DNA of 64,000 bases from Leucoraja ocellata (Eukaryota): positions 1,240,001 to 1,304,000 of the forward strand of contig JAWMAR010000197.1 of assembly GCA_036785375.1 (NCBI GenBank), read 5' to 3'. The position numbers and the translations under genes are program-made. The notes below the pieces were generated by a model. It saw nothing but the letters and a program-made list of their open reading frames with translations. It ran no database searches and had not been told where the DNA came from. Positions 35,507 through 48,546 of this stretch are shown one piece after another. Each line of letters opens with the position of its first letter. Positions within the stretch are counted from its first letter, which is position 1.

Positions 35507-36561
35507 CTAGACCAAGTGGGACCCGTTGGGTCCCTGTCAAACGGAAGGCCTGGTCCCCCAACGCAATCTGTTCCCCCAACGCAATATTCCACCACTCACC
35601 CAGAGCCCGCACTGGAGGCCTATTGCACCACTCATCCATTCCCCCAACGCAACCCGTTCCTCCAACACAATATTGAAGTTACGTTGAGGGGGGTTGTGGG
35701 GGAGAGGGGGATTTTTGGGGCAGGGGTTGTCGGGGGAGGGGGGGATGTGAGAGAGAGGGGTGTGTCGGCAGGACGGGTTGTGGGGGGGAGGGATATGTGG
35801 GCGGGGGGGTGTGGTGTTGTGGGTGGGGCCATTGTGGGGGTGTGTGGACAGGGGGGTTGAGGGCGGAGGGGGGGGTGTGGGAGAGGGGTGTCTGGGCAGA
35901 GAGGGGTTGTGGGGGAGAGGGTCATGTGGGTGGGAGGGATGTGTGGGAGGGGGTTTGTGTGGGCAGGGGGAGGGTTGTGAGGGGTGTGTGGAAGGGAGGG
36001 GTGTGTGGGAGGGAGGGGCGTGTGGGAGGGAGGGGCGTGTGGGAGGGAGGGGCGTGTGGGAGGGAGGGGTGTGTGGGAGAGGTATGTGTGGGGTGTGTGT
36101 TGGGGGGGTGTGTGGGTATGTGTGTGGGGGGGCATTGTGGGGGGGAGTGGTGTGCGGGTGGGGGAGGGGTGTAGAGGCAGGTGGAGGTAGCTGAGTCGGG
36201 CCGTTATCGCTCCCTCCCTCCAAAAATTGTATTGCCTCTGCCGGCCATCCAGAGCCTCCCACAGCTGCAGTAAAGACGCAATGGAGCAGGAAGGGACGGA
36301 CCATCCCGCGGAGTGACAGTAGAAGGGACCAATCTGCACGCTGCTGAATGGCAGGAGAGGCAATCGATCTGCGCATGTGTGGTTTTTAAGATTTTTAAAC
36401 CTTGATACTCTTACCAGCTTCCACCGATCGGAACGAAACTTGGTGCAATCGCAGTACAGGTGAACGGTGAGTAAGCTGGCAAACAATTGTAGCACTATCG
36501 CGTACCATTTTTGCGTAAATAGAATGACAAGATCAGAGTTTTAGTTGTGTATAGATATAGA
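35507..36561 (-). mobile_element. Non-autonomous Helitron (related to 4025-4878)
   Basis: Minus strand 5' TC(tata), 3' hairpin gggaccc-aac-gggtccc then CTAG, A|T insertion; shares ccccaacgcaatattccacc with the first copy. Confidence 0.8.
35685..36180 (+). repeat. G-rich low-complexity/minisatellite tract inside the Helitron
   Basis: Tandem 17-bp gggcgtgtgggagggag-like units around 36000-36080 amid G/T-rich sequence. Confidence 0.9.
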
Positions 36562-36811
36562 TGCAAACAACATTTACAATATCATGGGTCAAACATGACA
36601 TTTGGCAGTGTTGTCTCTAGAGCAGCTTATGGCCCACCATTACATACAAATTTGACTAGGTTTTATAATTTATTGAATACGATGAATAAACAATGATTTG
36701 TTTATTGGCTATCTTTCTTTTCTACTGTTGCGATGGGCAACTTTTGTTTTCCTAGAATGGAAGGTTTGCCATCAATGTCCCACGGGTATGTTGACCACCA
36801 ACACATATTAA

Positions 36812-37000
36812 GTGTTGGAAGGAACTGCAGACGCTGGTTTACACTGGAGATAGACACAAAATTCTGAAGTAACTCACCAGGTCAGGCAGCATCGCTGGAG
36901 AAAAGGAATAGGTGATTCCTTTCAGACCCGAAACGTTACCTATGCCTTTTCTCCAGACACACCGCCTGACCCGCTGAGTTACTCCAGCATTTTGTGTCTA
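36812..37000. mobile_element. Fold-back Penelope-derived mini-element
   Basis: Inverted arms; centre retains only gacccgaaacgttacc. Confidence 0.8.
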
Positions 37001-37574
37001 CCCAATATTGGTTTCTAAAACCAGAAGTAAGTTTACATCAACCAAACAAGTAGCATGAAATTAATATTTTATCGTAAAAGATGCAACTATATCATAATTT
37101 GCAGTAAGTATTGAATGAAGACGTGTTCAAATCTGGTACTTGTTAAACTACATCACTTATATTTGTAGAGTGGCTTCTTTTCATATTCTGCTGATGTCAT
37201 TTCCATTGTCGTTTAAATATGCCTTCATTCATTTTTCAAGAACAACGCTTCAAGCATAATCTTACAGTGGTTAACTATCTTCTGAAACATTTTAGCACGA
37301 TAGTACAAACACAATAACTCATTAAAACAGAGAGATTACAATTCAAGATGTGACCCAGACTGCAGAAATATTGTGTACAGATTACAGCCACTTCCTGTGC
37401 AATTCTGGGTATATGGTATGAGCTTGACATCTTGTGCCCAAGCACAATGGATATTGAGGTTTGGGTCTCACTTCCACAGAGATGGGTGGGATGTGCAGAT
37501 GTGTCAACATTCTCACTAAAGTTCGACCATGTGTAAAAAAACGCTTCATGACAGCACCAGGAACGATACTGTTG

Positions 37575-38145
37575 CACCACATGAAACCAAGAAATCAATA
37601 AATGGAGACCAGCTCGTTAAGAATTGGTCTTGTTTGTCTATTAGCAGGAGTCTAATTTCTTCCAAGTGGGCTGTGTCCAACATATTACTGATCCATATTT
37701 TAAATGTTGGTATAGTAGCATTTTTCCAAAATTTAAGTATAAGTTTTTTTGCTGTTATTAAACCATAATTAAAAAATGAATTTTGGGGTATATTTAATTT
37801 GTTCCCATCTCCCATTACTCCAAATATAATCATTTCAGTATTAGGTTCCATTTTTATCTTAAATAGATTTGTGAATATATCAAATATATCACACCAAAAT
37901 ATATGAAGTTTTGTGCAAGAAACAAAAGAGTGTGTGATATTGGCATTTTGAGAAAGACATTTATCACAGATGGGAGAAATATTTGGATAGAATTTATTCA
38001 ACCTAGTTTTTGAATAATATAATCTATGTAATATTTTAAATTGAATTAAATTGTGTCTAGCATTAATCGAACATTTATGTATATATATCAAATACTTTTC
38101 CCACGTTTCTTTTGAAATTTTTATCATTAATTCTTTTTTTGATAT
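37575..38145 (-). mobile_element. L1/Tx1-clade LINE ORF2 C-terminal fragment (zinc-binding region)
   Basis: ORF 37546..38253: LIQFKILHRLYY...CDKC....HSFVSC..LHIFW...AKKLILKFWK. Confidence 0.85.
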
Positions 38146-39046
38146 CTGCCTTCCTTGGATCCCTAGTCCATCTCCCACATGACTAAAGCACAATCTGAGA
38201 GCATCAGTGGACAAAATTTGGCATTGTGTCAAATCGGAGAATCTTATGTTCATATTTATTATTCTGTTTTCCTGAAGATTGGGGCTTCCAGTACCTCAAA
38301 CAACCGATTAAAAAAAAAAAGATCCAGCATTTCTAAACATAATCCCTGAAAGTAGGATTTTCACAGCTGTAGCTATGATGCAACCCCCCTGCCATTAAGT
38401 TTAGTGTAAATGCAGCCTGGATTCAGAATTGGTTCCTTCCCTGCAAGTAGAATAAAGCTTATCCAAATCCCCAATATCTGCTTCAGCTTGGTTCTTTGCA
38501 TTCAGTTTACTCCAAATAATTTGCCTTTGATGTGAACCTAAATTATATTGCATGGCAGATTACATCTATAAATAACTAATGCTTGGATGCTTAATTGTAG
38601 CATACTTAAAATCGAGCTCTTGCTAAATGTTTAAAAGGCAATCTTTTTTTTTGTTGCAGTAATGATATGATAGTCCATGGTCCTATAATTTTTAGAGCTA
38701 TTTTAAGTGCCTATTCATATTGTTTTACTCTTAAGAACATGGAATGCAGATTATAAAATATTACAAATAGCACATATTTAAATGGCATGCAGGGCCAGCA
38801 AATTCTGGGTGTGTATGACTATTAATCTTTGAAGATCGCTGAACAAATCAAGAAGATTGCTTCAGCATATTACTGACATTCATTTTTGTTAAAAGGACAT
38901 TTGATACACAATTAGATTAAACCATTCTAAATTATTACATTGGTTTCAGTTTGTGTATTTTGTCTAATCTAGGCACTGCACTTTAAGAAGGATGTCAGGG
39001 CCTTAGAGAGAGGACAGCAGATATTTACTGGAATGGGACTAGACTT

Positions 39047-39350
39047 GCAGTGGGGTAAAACAGTTTTTACCCCACTGCTATAAAAGCACTAAATGTAGCC
39101 GCCAAGGAACGCAGGGGCGAGACATACTAAGGGACTGTGGTACACTGTGAAATCGACAGAAGGATGGAGGGTTGGGTGTTTATGCGTGCTATTTTCGTGA
39201 TATTTATTTTAGTTGTTTATCTTTTAATATTTTACCTTGTATGTATCGTTAGCTTTTAGAAATGTTTGAATGGTGCACTGACTGGCTGACATTTTTAAAT
39301 TTTGTTGTACATGGTTCATGTTACAATGACAATAAAGAAACCTATTCTAT
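39047..39350 (+). mobile_element. Short LINE-tail insertion with a 5' hairpin, inside a degenerate CR1
   Basis: 14-bp perfect hairpin at 39047-39078; tail gacaataaagaaacctattctattc; CR1-like sequence on both sides. Confidence 0.55.
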
Positions 39351-39789
39351 TCATTTATATGGAAAAAATGGAAAAACTGGGATTGTTGATCCTGGAACAA
39401 TAAAGGTTATTGTGAGATTGATAATTATGAATGGTTCTGACAGATTAAAGAAATGGAAGCCATTTCCAACATCATAAGGATCTGTAAAATATGAATGTTG
39501 ATTTCAGGTAGTGAGCGAAAGAATCAGTGCTGATTATTAATATTATTGTGCAATAAAATGTAATGATCCAGAATACACCGTCAAAAAGTAGTGGAAACAG
39601 TTTTGGTAATAAATTAGAAAGGATCTTAGGTAAACTAATTATAGGGAAATGTTTCAGGGAATAAAAGGGAAAAATAAGTGAATGAGAGTAGTTTGATTGC
39701 TCTTTCAAATAGCAAATATTACCACAAAGTGTAAAATAATCTCCAGTGCTATCTGTTTCTAAGATTGTTAACATAAAACTGTTTAGTAT

Positions 39790-40500
39790 AGGAACAGGCC
39801 ATTCAGTCCACAATGTCTGTGATGAACATGATGGGAAATGAAACTAATCCCCTTGCCTACACGTGATCCGTATTCCCTTCATTTCCGGCAAATTTATGCG
39901 CCTGACTAAAGGTGTCTTAAACATCACTATCAGATCTGCTACAACCACCATCTCTGCCGTGCACTCCAGGCACCCACCACTTTCTGAGTAAAACAAATAT
40001 TGCCCCATACATCTCCTTTAAACTTTCTTCTTCTAACCTTAAACCTATGCACACGACAATTTGACATTTCCACCCTGAGAAAAAGGTTCAGACTGTCTAC
40101 CCTATCTATGCATCCCATAGTTTCATAGATTTCTTTCAAGCCTTCCCTCAGCCAAAAACAATCCAGGGAAAACAATCCAACCTCTCTCTCCTTATAGCTA
40201 ATACTCAGGCAACATCCTTGCAAACTTCTTCTGCACCCTCTCCAAAGCCTCCACATCCTTGCTGTAATGGAGCAAGCAGAACTGCACACAATGCTCCAAA
40301 TGCAGCCAAACTAAAGTGCTAGAAAAATGCTACATGACTTTGTGACTCATACTCACTTCCATGACTGCTGAAGGCAAACGTACCATTTGACTTCTTTACT
40401 GCTTTCCCTAGTCGTGTTGCTACTTTCAGAGAGTTATGGACTTGGACACCAAGATCCCTCTGCACATTAATGCTGTGAAGGGACCTGCCATTAACTGTAT
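39790..40500 (-). mobile_element. Degenerate CR1 3' region
   Basis: ORF 39939..40289 ...GLFSLD...IDRVD..NLF...FTQKVVGAWS. Confidence 0.85.
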
Positions 40501-40944
40501 ACAGTTAATAAATAAAAATGAAAAATAATTTGAATTTATCTCCATTCTCTCAATTATTTAGTTGCATAAGTACAAACAACTATAAAAAAAAATGCTGCAG
40601 AAATGTGGACAGGCCGAAACTATTAATGTGCTTGCTCCAATTCTTTTTATTGCAGAATTCTTACTTGGCAAGTGACATTTGTCATGAAAAGTCACATTTT
40701 CTTAGCTGTGATTAGAACAATTGAACAGTGATGTTTTGTATAAGGGGTTTCACCTATTCTTTCAAATGTTCAGCAGCTTTAAATAGCCTTCTGGTTTTTC
40801 CAATCAAATTAATTCTGTAAGAATGATTTTTGTGTAGTAAAACAAAATCTTCGAATAAAAGAGTGACTAGGACTGGAATTGTTGGGGCTGACATTTTTTG
40901 ACATTTGTCATTGAGGTAGAATCGACAATTTTATTTTATTTATG

Positions 40945-41105
40945 ATAGTGGCATTTAAGAGGCTTTTAGATAGGCACATAGAATTACAGGAAATGGAGGG
41001 ATATGGATCATATGTAGGCAGATGAGATCAGTTTGGCTAGGCATTATGTTCAGCACAAACATTGTGGGCTGAAGGGCCAGACCCTGTGCTGTTCTGTGAT
41101 CTATG
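40945..41105 (+). mobile_element. CR1 3' tail
   Basis: gcatttaagaggcttttagataggcac...gggctgaagggcc...gtgctgttctgt. Confidence 0.75.
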
Positions 41106-42534
41106 TGAAACATACTGATTTTGTATCAAATAAACATTTTTATTGTCTCAATATACCCATGATCTGAATACAGCAAAATTATTTAACCTGCCTTAATCTA
41201 ATCCTAAGTATTGATCTTGCAAGCAGGGTCAGTGTGCAATGATCTGTGTACTTCTGCATACTTTATTGATCAAAGAATATGTTACGTTAATTATGTGAAT
41301 CTAGAGTATGCACTAGAGTAGAATCCTGCTTTTAACGATTTATACTGTTTCATCAGGGACTGGATTGTTTTTATTGTTATTATGTGTGAAATGTTTTAAG
41401 TTTCATGTGCGATGCTCCAGTATTCCCTGGGAAACGTCTTCTCATTTTGCACTGTACAACTGTTGTTTTGCAAGATGACAATAAAGGTTGATTGATTGAT
41501 TGATTCAAGCATCTGTAACCCTAAAAAATGTCTAAATTAAGTTTTTGAATTTGTATTTGCTTTGTTACTGTTACAGGATAATGACATAGATCCATTCCCT
41601 TGTGTTCTTCCTGAAGTACATGTTTCAAATATGCTTCAAATATTACTCAATGAGAAAAATATTTAGTTGATGAAAAATAATGGAGCTACAGCTTTCGAAA
41701 ATTGCCTCATGATCGTTCAAAGCAAAAAGGTGGCAGCAATTCTACCAAAGATGAAGCTTGACGTTTTCCGGTTATGAATTGTGTTCTTCCATGCATTAAA
41801 CAAATAACATCTGCAAATCCCTGATGCAGCAAAAGCCTCCCCACGGGCCTGTGGCCTTCAGCATTAAACTGCACTTTTCATCAACAAAGTATTTGTTCAG
41901 TCTCTCAGTATTCCCCAATTACAATTACCAACAGAAGATAAAAGAATCAGTGCACTCCAATATATATTGTAACTGCCGCAAGTCAAATTAACTTTTATTT
42001 TCTGGTGATTAATGATGACATGAAAATCCATGACACAATATATTCAGCCGGAATCGATGAAATCAGTGAATCAAATGCATCACTACAACACTCTTCATTT
42101 ACTGTAAGTTCATCAACTGATGATCATTGTCAGCCACTGCCTAACTGTTTATTACCAGCAATGATGTCACCTGGACTTTTGCAAGGTTCAGTGAAATCTA
42201 GAAATATCTACCGTAGTTATTGATGTAAACAATGCTGCCCAAAAGATACTGCCCTAGAAATGCAACTGCATCTGGAACATGGCGCACATAGGAAGGGATG
42301 TTTATAGGATGGTGGTGTTGGACTAGGAGGATCAACTTTGCAACAGTGTAAAGTGCATGGTTGGCTTCCCTACTGCAATTTAGCATGGAAATCCAAGGCT
42401 GTGATTGCTTCCTACCATTTGCCTTGAAGAATTTGCACAAACGTCCTGCACCAGATTATGACACAGAGTGCTGGAGTAACTCAGTGGGTCGGACAGCATC
42501 TCTTGAGAATATGGGTAGATTTTTTCATATAGTT

Positions 42535-43035
42535 TAGTCATAGAGTGATACCCTTCAGCCCAACTAGCCCACACCAGCCAACAATATCCCAGCTGCACTA
42601 GTCCCACATGCCTGCACTTGGTCCATATCCCTCCAAACCTGTCCTATCCATGTACCTGTCTAACTGTTTCTTAAACGATGGGATAGTCTCAGCCTCAACT
42701 CCCATCTCTCGCAGCTTGTTCCATACATCCACCATCCTTTGCGTGAAAACGTTACTCCTCGGATTCCTATGAAATCTTTTCCCCTTCACCTTGAACCTAT
42801 GTCCACTGGTCTTTGATTCTCTTACTCTGGGCAAGAGACTTTGTGCATCTATCCGATCTATTACTCTCATGATTTTCTGCACCTCTATAAGATCCCTCCT
42901 CATCCTCCTGTGCTCCATGGAATAGAGACCCAGCCTACTCAACCTCTCCCTATAGCTCTAGTCCTGGCAACATCCTTGTAAATCTTTTCTGAACCTTTTC
43001 TTTCCTATAACATGGTGCCCAGAACTGAACACAAT
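42535..43035 (-). mobile_element. CR1 3' end
   Basis: ORF 42598..42942 RLGLYSMEHRRMRRDLIEV...FTQRMVDVWNKL. Confidence 0.9.
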
Positions 43036-43059
43036 TCATTTACTGTATTGTGATCAAGC

Positions 43060-43345
43060 CGTGCGGAAACAGGCCCTTCGGCCCATCAAGTCCATGCCGA
43101 CCAATGATTTCCATACACTAGCACTATCCTGCATGCCAGGGATAATTTACAATTTTTCCTGAAGCTAATTAACCTATAAACCTGTATGTCTTTGGTGTGT
43201 CGGAGGAAACCGGAGCACCCAGAGAAAATCCACGGGGTCACGGGGAGAACGCACAAATCCGGTACAGACAGCACCCGTTGTCAGGATCGAACCTGAGTCA
43301 CTGGCGCTGTAAGGCAGCAACTCTACCACTATGCCACCATGCTAC
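43060..43345 (-). mobile_element. V-SINE
   Basis: Head, V-domain and CR1-type tail in reverse orientation. Confidence 0.85.
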
Positions 43346-43367
43346 CCTATGATGTTTCTTCAAACAC

Positions 43368-43625
43368 AAAACATCACCTTTCCATGTTCTCCAGCCTGAT
43401 CCACTATGTTACTCCAGCACTTTGTGTCTTTTTCTGTAAACAAGCATCTGCAGTTCCTCGTAGAAACAAAGAACTGCAGATGTTGGTTTATATCAAAGAT
43501 AGACACAAAGTGAAGAAGGGTCTGAAGGGTCTGATGAAGGGTCCTGACCCGAAAATATACCAATCCTTTTTGTTCCAGAGATACTGCATGACCTGCTTAG
43601 TTACTCCAGCACTTTGTGTCTATCT
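43368..43625. mobile_element. Two adjacent Penelope-derived mini-elements
   Basis: Core CTGATGA-a-gggtcctgaccc-GAAA at 43531-43554 preceded by tgaagggtc stutters. Confidence 0.75.
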
Positions 43626-44139
43626 ACAGTCCCTTGATTCTGTGCCCAAGAACTGGGATATCTGTTGATTTTAATGGCTGCATGAGACTGAGATAAGTAG
43701 CGGTTAAATGAGAAATTTTAATTGTTTCATTATATGTATATATCGTGTTTTGCATTTATTATTTTTTAGAAGCAATAATTTGAATAGCTTTCAATTACAT
43801 TTATCTTTGATGATTTTGATGATCCAAAAGATTGAATGTTTTGAAGGTTTATGCTAAACCAGGAAGAGCTGTCTAGCTAGAACAATCAAAGGCTTTCTTG
43901 ACATTTTGTGAGCAAGGCTGGTTCTGTTCTGGACTGATGGAGCTAAGTTGTGCAAGGCCCCCAACACATGCAGGGAGCCAGCATGATAATTGGAGTTGAA
44001 TCTAGACCGCACGTTCAGGTTCAGGTTAAAGAACAGAAAGTGTTGTAAATAGACATCAGTTCGAGAACATCTGTGGAGAGAGAAATAGAGTCAACGTTCA
44101 GCTTTCGTCAGAACTGTGTATGTGTAAAGGAGGTAAGGA

Positions 44140-44492
44140 ATGGATTGGGTAGACGCATAGAGTCTCTTTCCCAGAGTAGGGGAATCGAGAACCAGAGGAC
44201 ATACGTTTAAGGTGAGGGGGAACTATTTAATAGGAACGTGAGGGGTAACTTTTTCACACAAAGGCTGGTGGGTGTATGGAATGAGCTGCTGGAGGAGGTA
44301 GTTCAGGCAGGCACTATTGCAACATTTAAGAAACATTTAGATAGGTACATGGATAAGGCAGGTTTAGAAGGATAGGGGTGAAATGCAGGCTGGTGGGACT
44401 AGTGTAGACAGGACACGATGGCCAGTGTGGGCAACTTGGGCCAAAGGCCCTGCCTGGTTCCACATTGTACCACTTTTATGACTCTATGACTA
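44140..44492 (+). mobile_element. CR1 3' end
   Basis: agaaccagaggacatacgtttaaggtg...ttcacacaaaggctggtgggtgtatggaatgagctg; (tatgactc) tail. Confidence 0.85.
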
Positions 44493-45072
44493 AGTGTAAA
44501 TCTTCTTCTGAAACCAGTGGCGAATACAGGAACCTCACCAATTTATTCGAACTCTGGTCCAAAGGGGATTGAGAACAAATATGGTCCTGATAAGCACATG
44601 GAAGTGCAAAGAATAGAGGGATACAGATCATGTACAGGCAGATGCTAGCAGTTTAACTTGGCATCAGGTTCGGTGCAAACATTGTGAGCTGAAGAGCCTG
44701 TTCCCATGCTGCGCTGTCCTATGTTCTACGACATCATTTAATGCAGGACTGGGACTTGGTCCCTATCAGTTGGGACAATTGCCGACTAAATAGAGATAAG
44801 TGGTCACCTGGTGTTTCCGGTTAACTAGATCAGCATTTAAACTTGATGCTGCCTGGTATTTCAATTAGTTAAAAGTGTGCAACGTTATTCGCTATCTACG
44901 CGGACTTTGGGTTGGACACCAGATATTAAGTGTATCTAACATTATGATGTAGAATGTATCCTTTATAGCAAAGATGCACTCTGGTAGCAAGCAGGAACCA
45001 ATGGACAGAGATTCAAGAAGATGTTTGTTGAGTTAATATATATTAACTATATAAATATTATATTTAATTCAT

Positions 45073-45215
45073 TGGAGAAACTCAGCGAGTGAGGCAGCAT
45101 ATAAGACCCGAAACGTCACCTATTCCTTCGCTCCATAGATGCTGCCTCACCTGCTGAGTTTCTCCAGCATTTTTGTCTACCTTCGATTTTTCAAGCACCT
45201 GCAGTTCTTTCTTAA
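45073..45215 (+). mobile_element. Penelope-derived mini-element with short inverted arm
   Basis: ggagaaactcagcgagtgaggcagcat / gacccgaaacgtcacc...atgctgcctcacctgctgagtttctcc. Confidence 0.8.
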
Positions 45216-45911
45216 ATTTTTTATTTGTTTGCATGCTTTTTCATTTCATGATGTTTAGAATAAAACTGTAATCTCAATATTACTGGCACCTATTTTTACA
45301 CAGGAGTAAATATAGGACCTCTGCCCATTTGAAGATAAACACAGAAGTTGTGAAATTACTGAGGAAGCTGGAATACTGCACATAGCAAATAGTTCTGAAA
45401 ATAGCAAATATTCAATTTATCAGGTTTCAGCTCTTGTTAGATAGTTCCTGGATTTCTGGGGCTGAAGAAGGGTTTCGACTCCTATTCCTTTTCTCCAAAG
45501 ATGCTTCCTGACCCACTGAGTTACTCCAGCTCTGTTTTATGGGAACATGTTTGGGCTGTAGATTGTGCTGTACTGAATAGACAGTCTGGGCAATTTTCAA
45601 TTTCATTTGCGAGCTGGGCTGGCGAGAGAAATATTGTGCCGTGGTCATTTCTTAATTTCTACAAGCTGGAAGGTCCACCTAGTTCCCAGGGGTCAAAGCT
45701 GCAAACGTTTGTGCTTCCTCCAGAGGATTAATTCCTAGCAAGATTTGATATAGACTCCAGAACCATCTTTAAGGCTCCATTCTTAGACAACCACCATGCA
45801 GCTACAGGCCAGAAAAGACTGCTATTGTATTTTGGTTCCCAGCACTGTGTAAAGTGGCCAGATCATGAAAAGCTAGCACCTCTGTATCAGAACTTTGGAC
45901 AAGATTCAAAT

Positions 45912-46032
45912 AACCATATAACAATTACAGCACGGAAACAGGCCATCTCGGCCCTACAAGTCCGCGCCGAACAACTTTTTTCCCTTAGTCCCATCTGCCT
46001 GCACTCATACCATAACCCTCCATTCCCTTCTC
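45912..46032 (-). mobile_element. CR1 extreme 3' tail (same subfamily as 32522-34379)
   Basis: aaccatataacaattacagcacggaaacaggccatctcg is the reverse complement of about 34322-34360. Confidence 0.8.
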
Positions 46033-46699
46033 AGGAGAAATGATCAGTTCTGGGATGTAGTATGGGTCAGGGAAAAATTGACCAGAAAAAACTTAGAGCA
46101 ATGCAGATAAAAGTTCCCTTATCTAATCTTGGAGTCACAATATTGTTGCACTGCTATTGCATGAAACATCCACAGAATAACATAGAACAATCAGTACATC
46201 CTTAAACTGTTAACTGAGGTAATTTTTCAGAAGATGAAGCCTTGCATCATTGCTGATGTCCTATATTTTTCCCAGTCTATTTTAATTCCAATGGGAATGA
46301 AATTCAGAGTTGTCAGAGGTGTGAGGTAGTTAACATCTACAATAATTACTGAGTTAAAGGATTGCTTTATCAATTAATTAAACAAATTATTTTTTTAATG
46401 GTATTTCCCATGTTTAATCTCACAATGTGAGAACCCAGCATGAAGGAAATGCCCACCAGTTTTATTTTATGGAGATATTTTATTTTCTAGGCCATATGAG
46501 GTGTAACCTGTAAGAGTTGCTTTTATCCCCATCGAGAAGGAATTCAAATACTTTGCAGCTCATATTTAAAATTTTCTACAGGAAAATCTTTGCAATACAA
46601 AATCATTGATCTTTTGTATTGCTTTCAAAGATGCATTTGCTGGAACCCACTCATTTACAAATTTCCCAGTGCCTCTTTGCAGAAGGTCTTGGATAATGT

Positions 46700-47005
46700 C
46701 TCCAGTGTTTGAGCAAAGGCATCAACCAACCTCAACCCAAGTGCGGAACAGAAACATAAGGCTTTGCAGAAATGGACAAACTACTGTGGGCACCTCACAT
46801 CATTGGAGAAGCACGAACAATGCAGTTTCTAACAAACCTTCCACATCCAATGACATGTTATACCACATCATCTCCTAGCCAATGTCCCCAGCACCGAAGC
46901 ACTGATGGTGGGTCGATCACATTGTCAGTAATGGCGAGGAGGACGGAGAAAGTGCTTTAAGGATGTCCTCTGCATCTCCTCGAACAGTGTAACACCTTCA
47001 CTGAC
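46700..47005 (+). mobile_element. Highly degenerate RTE-clade LINE 3' fragment
   Basis: cgaggaggacggagaaagtgctttaaggatgtcctc encodes RGGRRKCFKDVL, resembling the RTE/BovB C-terminal motif. Confidence 0.4.
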
Positions 47006-47009
47006 TCGT

Positions 47010-47930
47010 AACTTTGGTGGCAAAAACAGGAAAGTAGACTATTATCTGAATGGTGGCCGATTAGGAAAAGGGGAGATGCAACGAGACCTGGGTGTCATGG
47101 TACACCAGTCATTGAAAGTAGGCAAAGTGTTCAGTCTGAAGAAGGGTTTCGGCCCGAAACATCACCCATTTCCTTCGCTCCATAGATGCTGCTGCACCCG
47201 CTGAGTTTCTCCAGCATTTTTGTGTACCATTGAAAGTAGGCATGCAGGTGCAGCAGGCAGTGAAGAAAGCAAATGGTATGTTAGCATTCATAGCAAAAGG
47301 ATTTGAGTATAAGAGCAGGGAGGTTCTACTGCAGTTGTCCAGGGTCTTGGTGAGACCACACCTGGAGTATTGCGTACAGTTTTGGTCTCCTAATCTGAGG
47401 AAAGACATTCTTGCCATAGAGGGAGTACAGAGAAGGTTCACCAGACTGATTCCTGGGATGGCAGGACTTTCATATGAAGAAAGACTGGATAAACTCAGCT
47501 TGTACACGCTAGAATTTAGAAGATTGAGGGGGGATCTGATAGAAACTTACAAAATTCTTAAGGGGTTGGACAGGCTAGATGCAGGAAGATTATTCCCGAT
47601 GTTGGGGAAGCCCAGAACTAGGGGTCACAGTTTAAGGATAAGAGGGAAGTCTTTTAGGACCGAGATGAGAAAATCATTGTTTACACAGAGTGATGAATCT
47701 GTGGAATTCTCTGCCACAGAAGGTAATTGAGGCCAGTTCATTGGCTATATTTAAGAGGGAGTTAGATGTGGCTCTTGTGGCTAAAGGGATCAGGGGATAT
47801 GGAGAGAAAGCAGGTACGGTAGGTATACTGAGTTGGATGATCAGCCATGATCATATTGAATGGCGGTGCAGGCTCGAAGGGCCGAATGGCCTACTCCTGC
47901 ACCTATTTTCTAAGTTTCTATGTTTCTATG
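47010..47930 (+). mobile_element. CR1 LINE 3' fragment
   Basis: ORF 47230..47730 VKKANGMLAFI...LVRPHLEYCVQFWSP...RRLRGDLIE; ttctatgt tail. Confidence 0.95.
47125..47227 (+). mobile_element. 103-bp hammerhead-bearing Penelope-derived insertion with 15-bp TSD inside CR1
   Basis: cattgaaagtaggca at 47110-47124 and 47228-47242; core CTGAAGA-a-gggt-ttcg-gccc-GAAA-ca-TC. Confidence 0.92.
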
Positions 47931-48546
47931 TAACCCTTGATCACACAACATTATATGTAGCCTTGGCTGAGGTTTGTGCTTGATATGATTCAGCCACATT
48001 TGGTGATGTATATTGTGCTTATGCATGAGGCTTACTCAACTTTACAATTCTTTAAGTTTTGAACAAAGAAAATGTTGACCCCCCAGAGAGAATTGTGAGT
48101 TTGAGTTTGAGTTTTTGAGTTTGAGATTAGTTTATTGTCACGTGTACCGAGGTACAGTGAAAAGCTTCTGTTATATGCTAACCAGCCAATGGAGAGACTA
48201 TACATGATTACAATTGACCACCCACAATGTACAGATACATGATAAAGGGAATAACGTGAATAAAGTTTAGTACACGATCAAGCCAGCAAAGACTGATCAA
48301 AGATAGTCTGAGAATCTCCATTGAGATAGATAGTAGTTCGGGATTGCTCTCTAGCTGTTGGTAGGATTATGCAGTTGCCAGATAATAGCTGGGACGACAG
48401 TAAATTATACAGCAAAAAGCAATGCATTACTTTGTTTGGTGGCAAAGTCAGACTCGAAAAACAGGTTGGGCAGGAGGACAGCAGCAGCAATGTCAAAACG
48501 GCTGCACAGCCTGACAGACAATGGGAGGGAGCTTGCAAGTGACTTA

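Noticed and set aside
35414-36495. Several long Pro/His/Thr- or Gly/Val/Cys-rich ORFs (up to 287 aa)
   Set aside because: They arise in multiple frames from a G-rich low-complexity tract inside a Helitron
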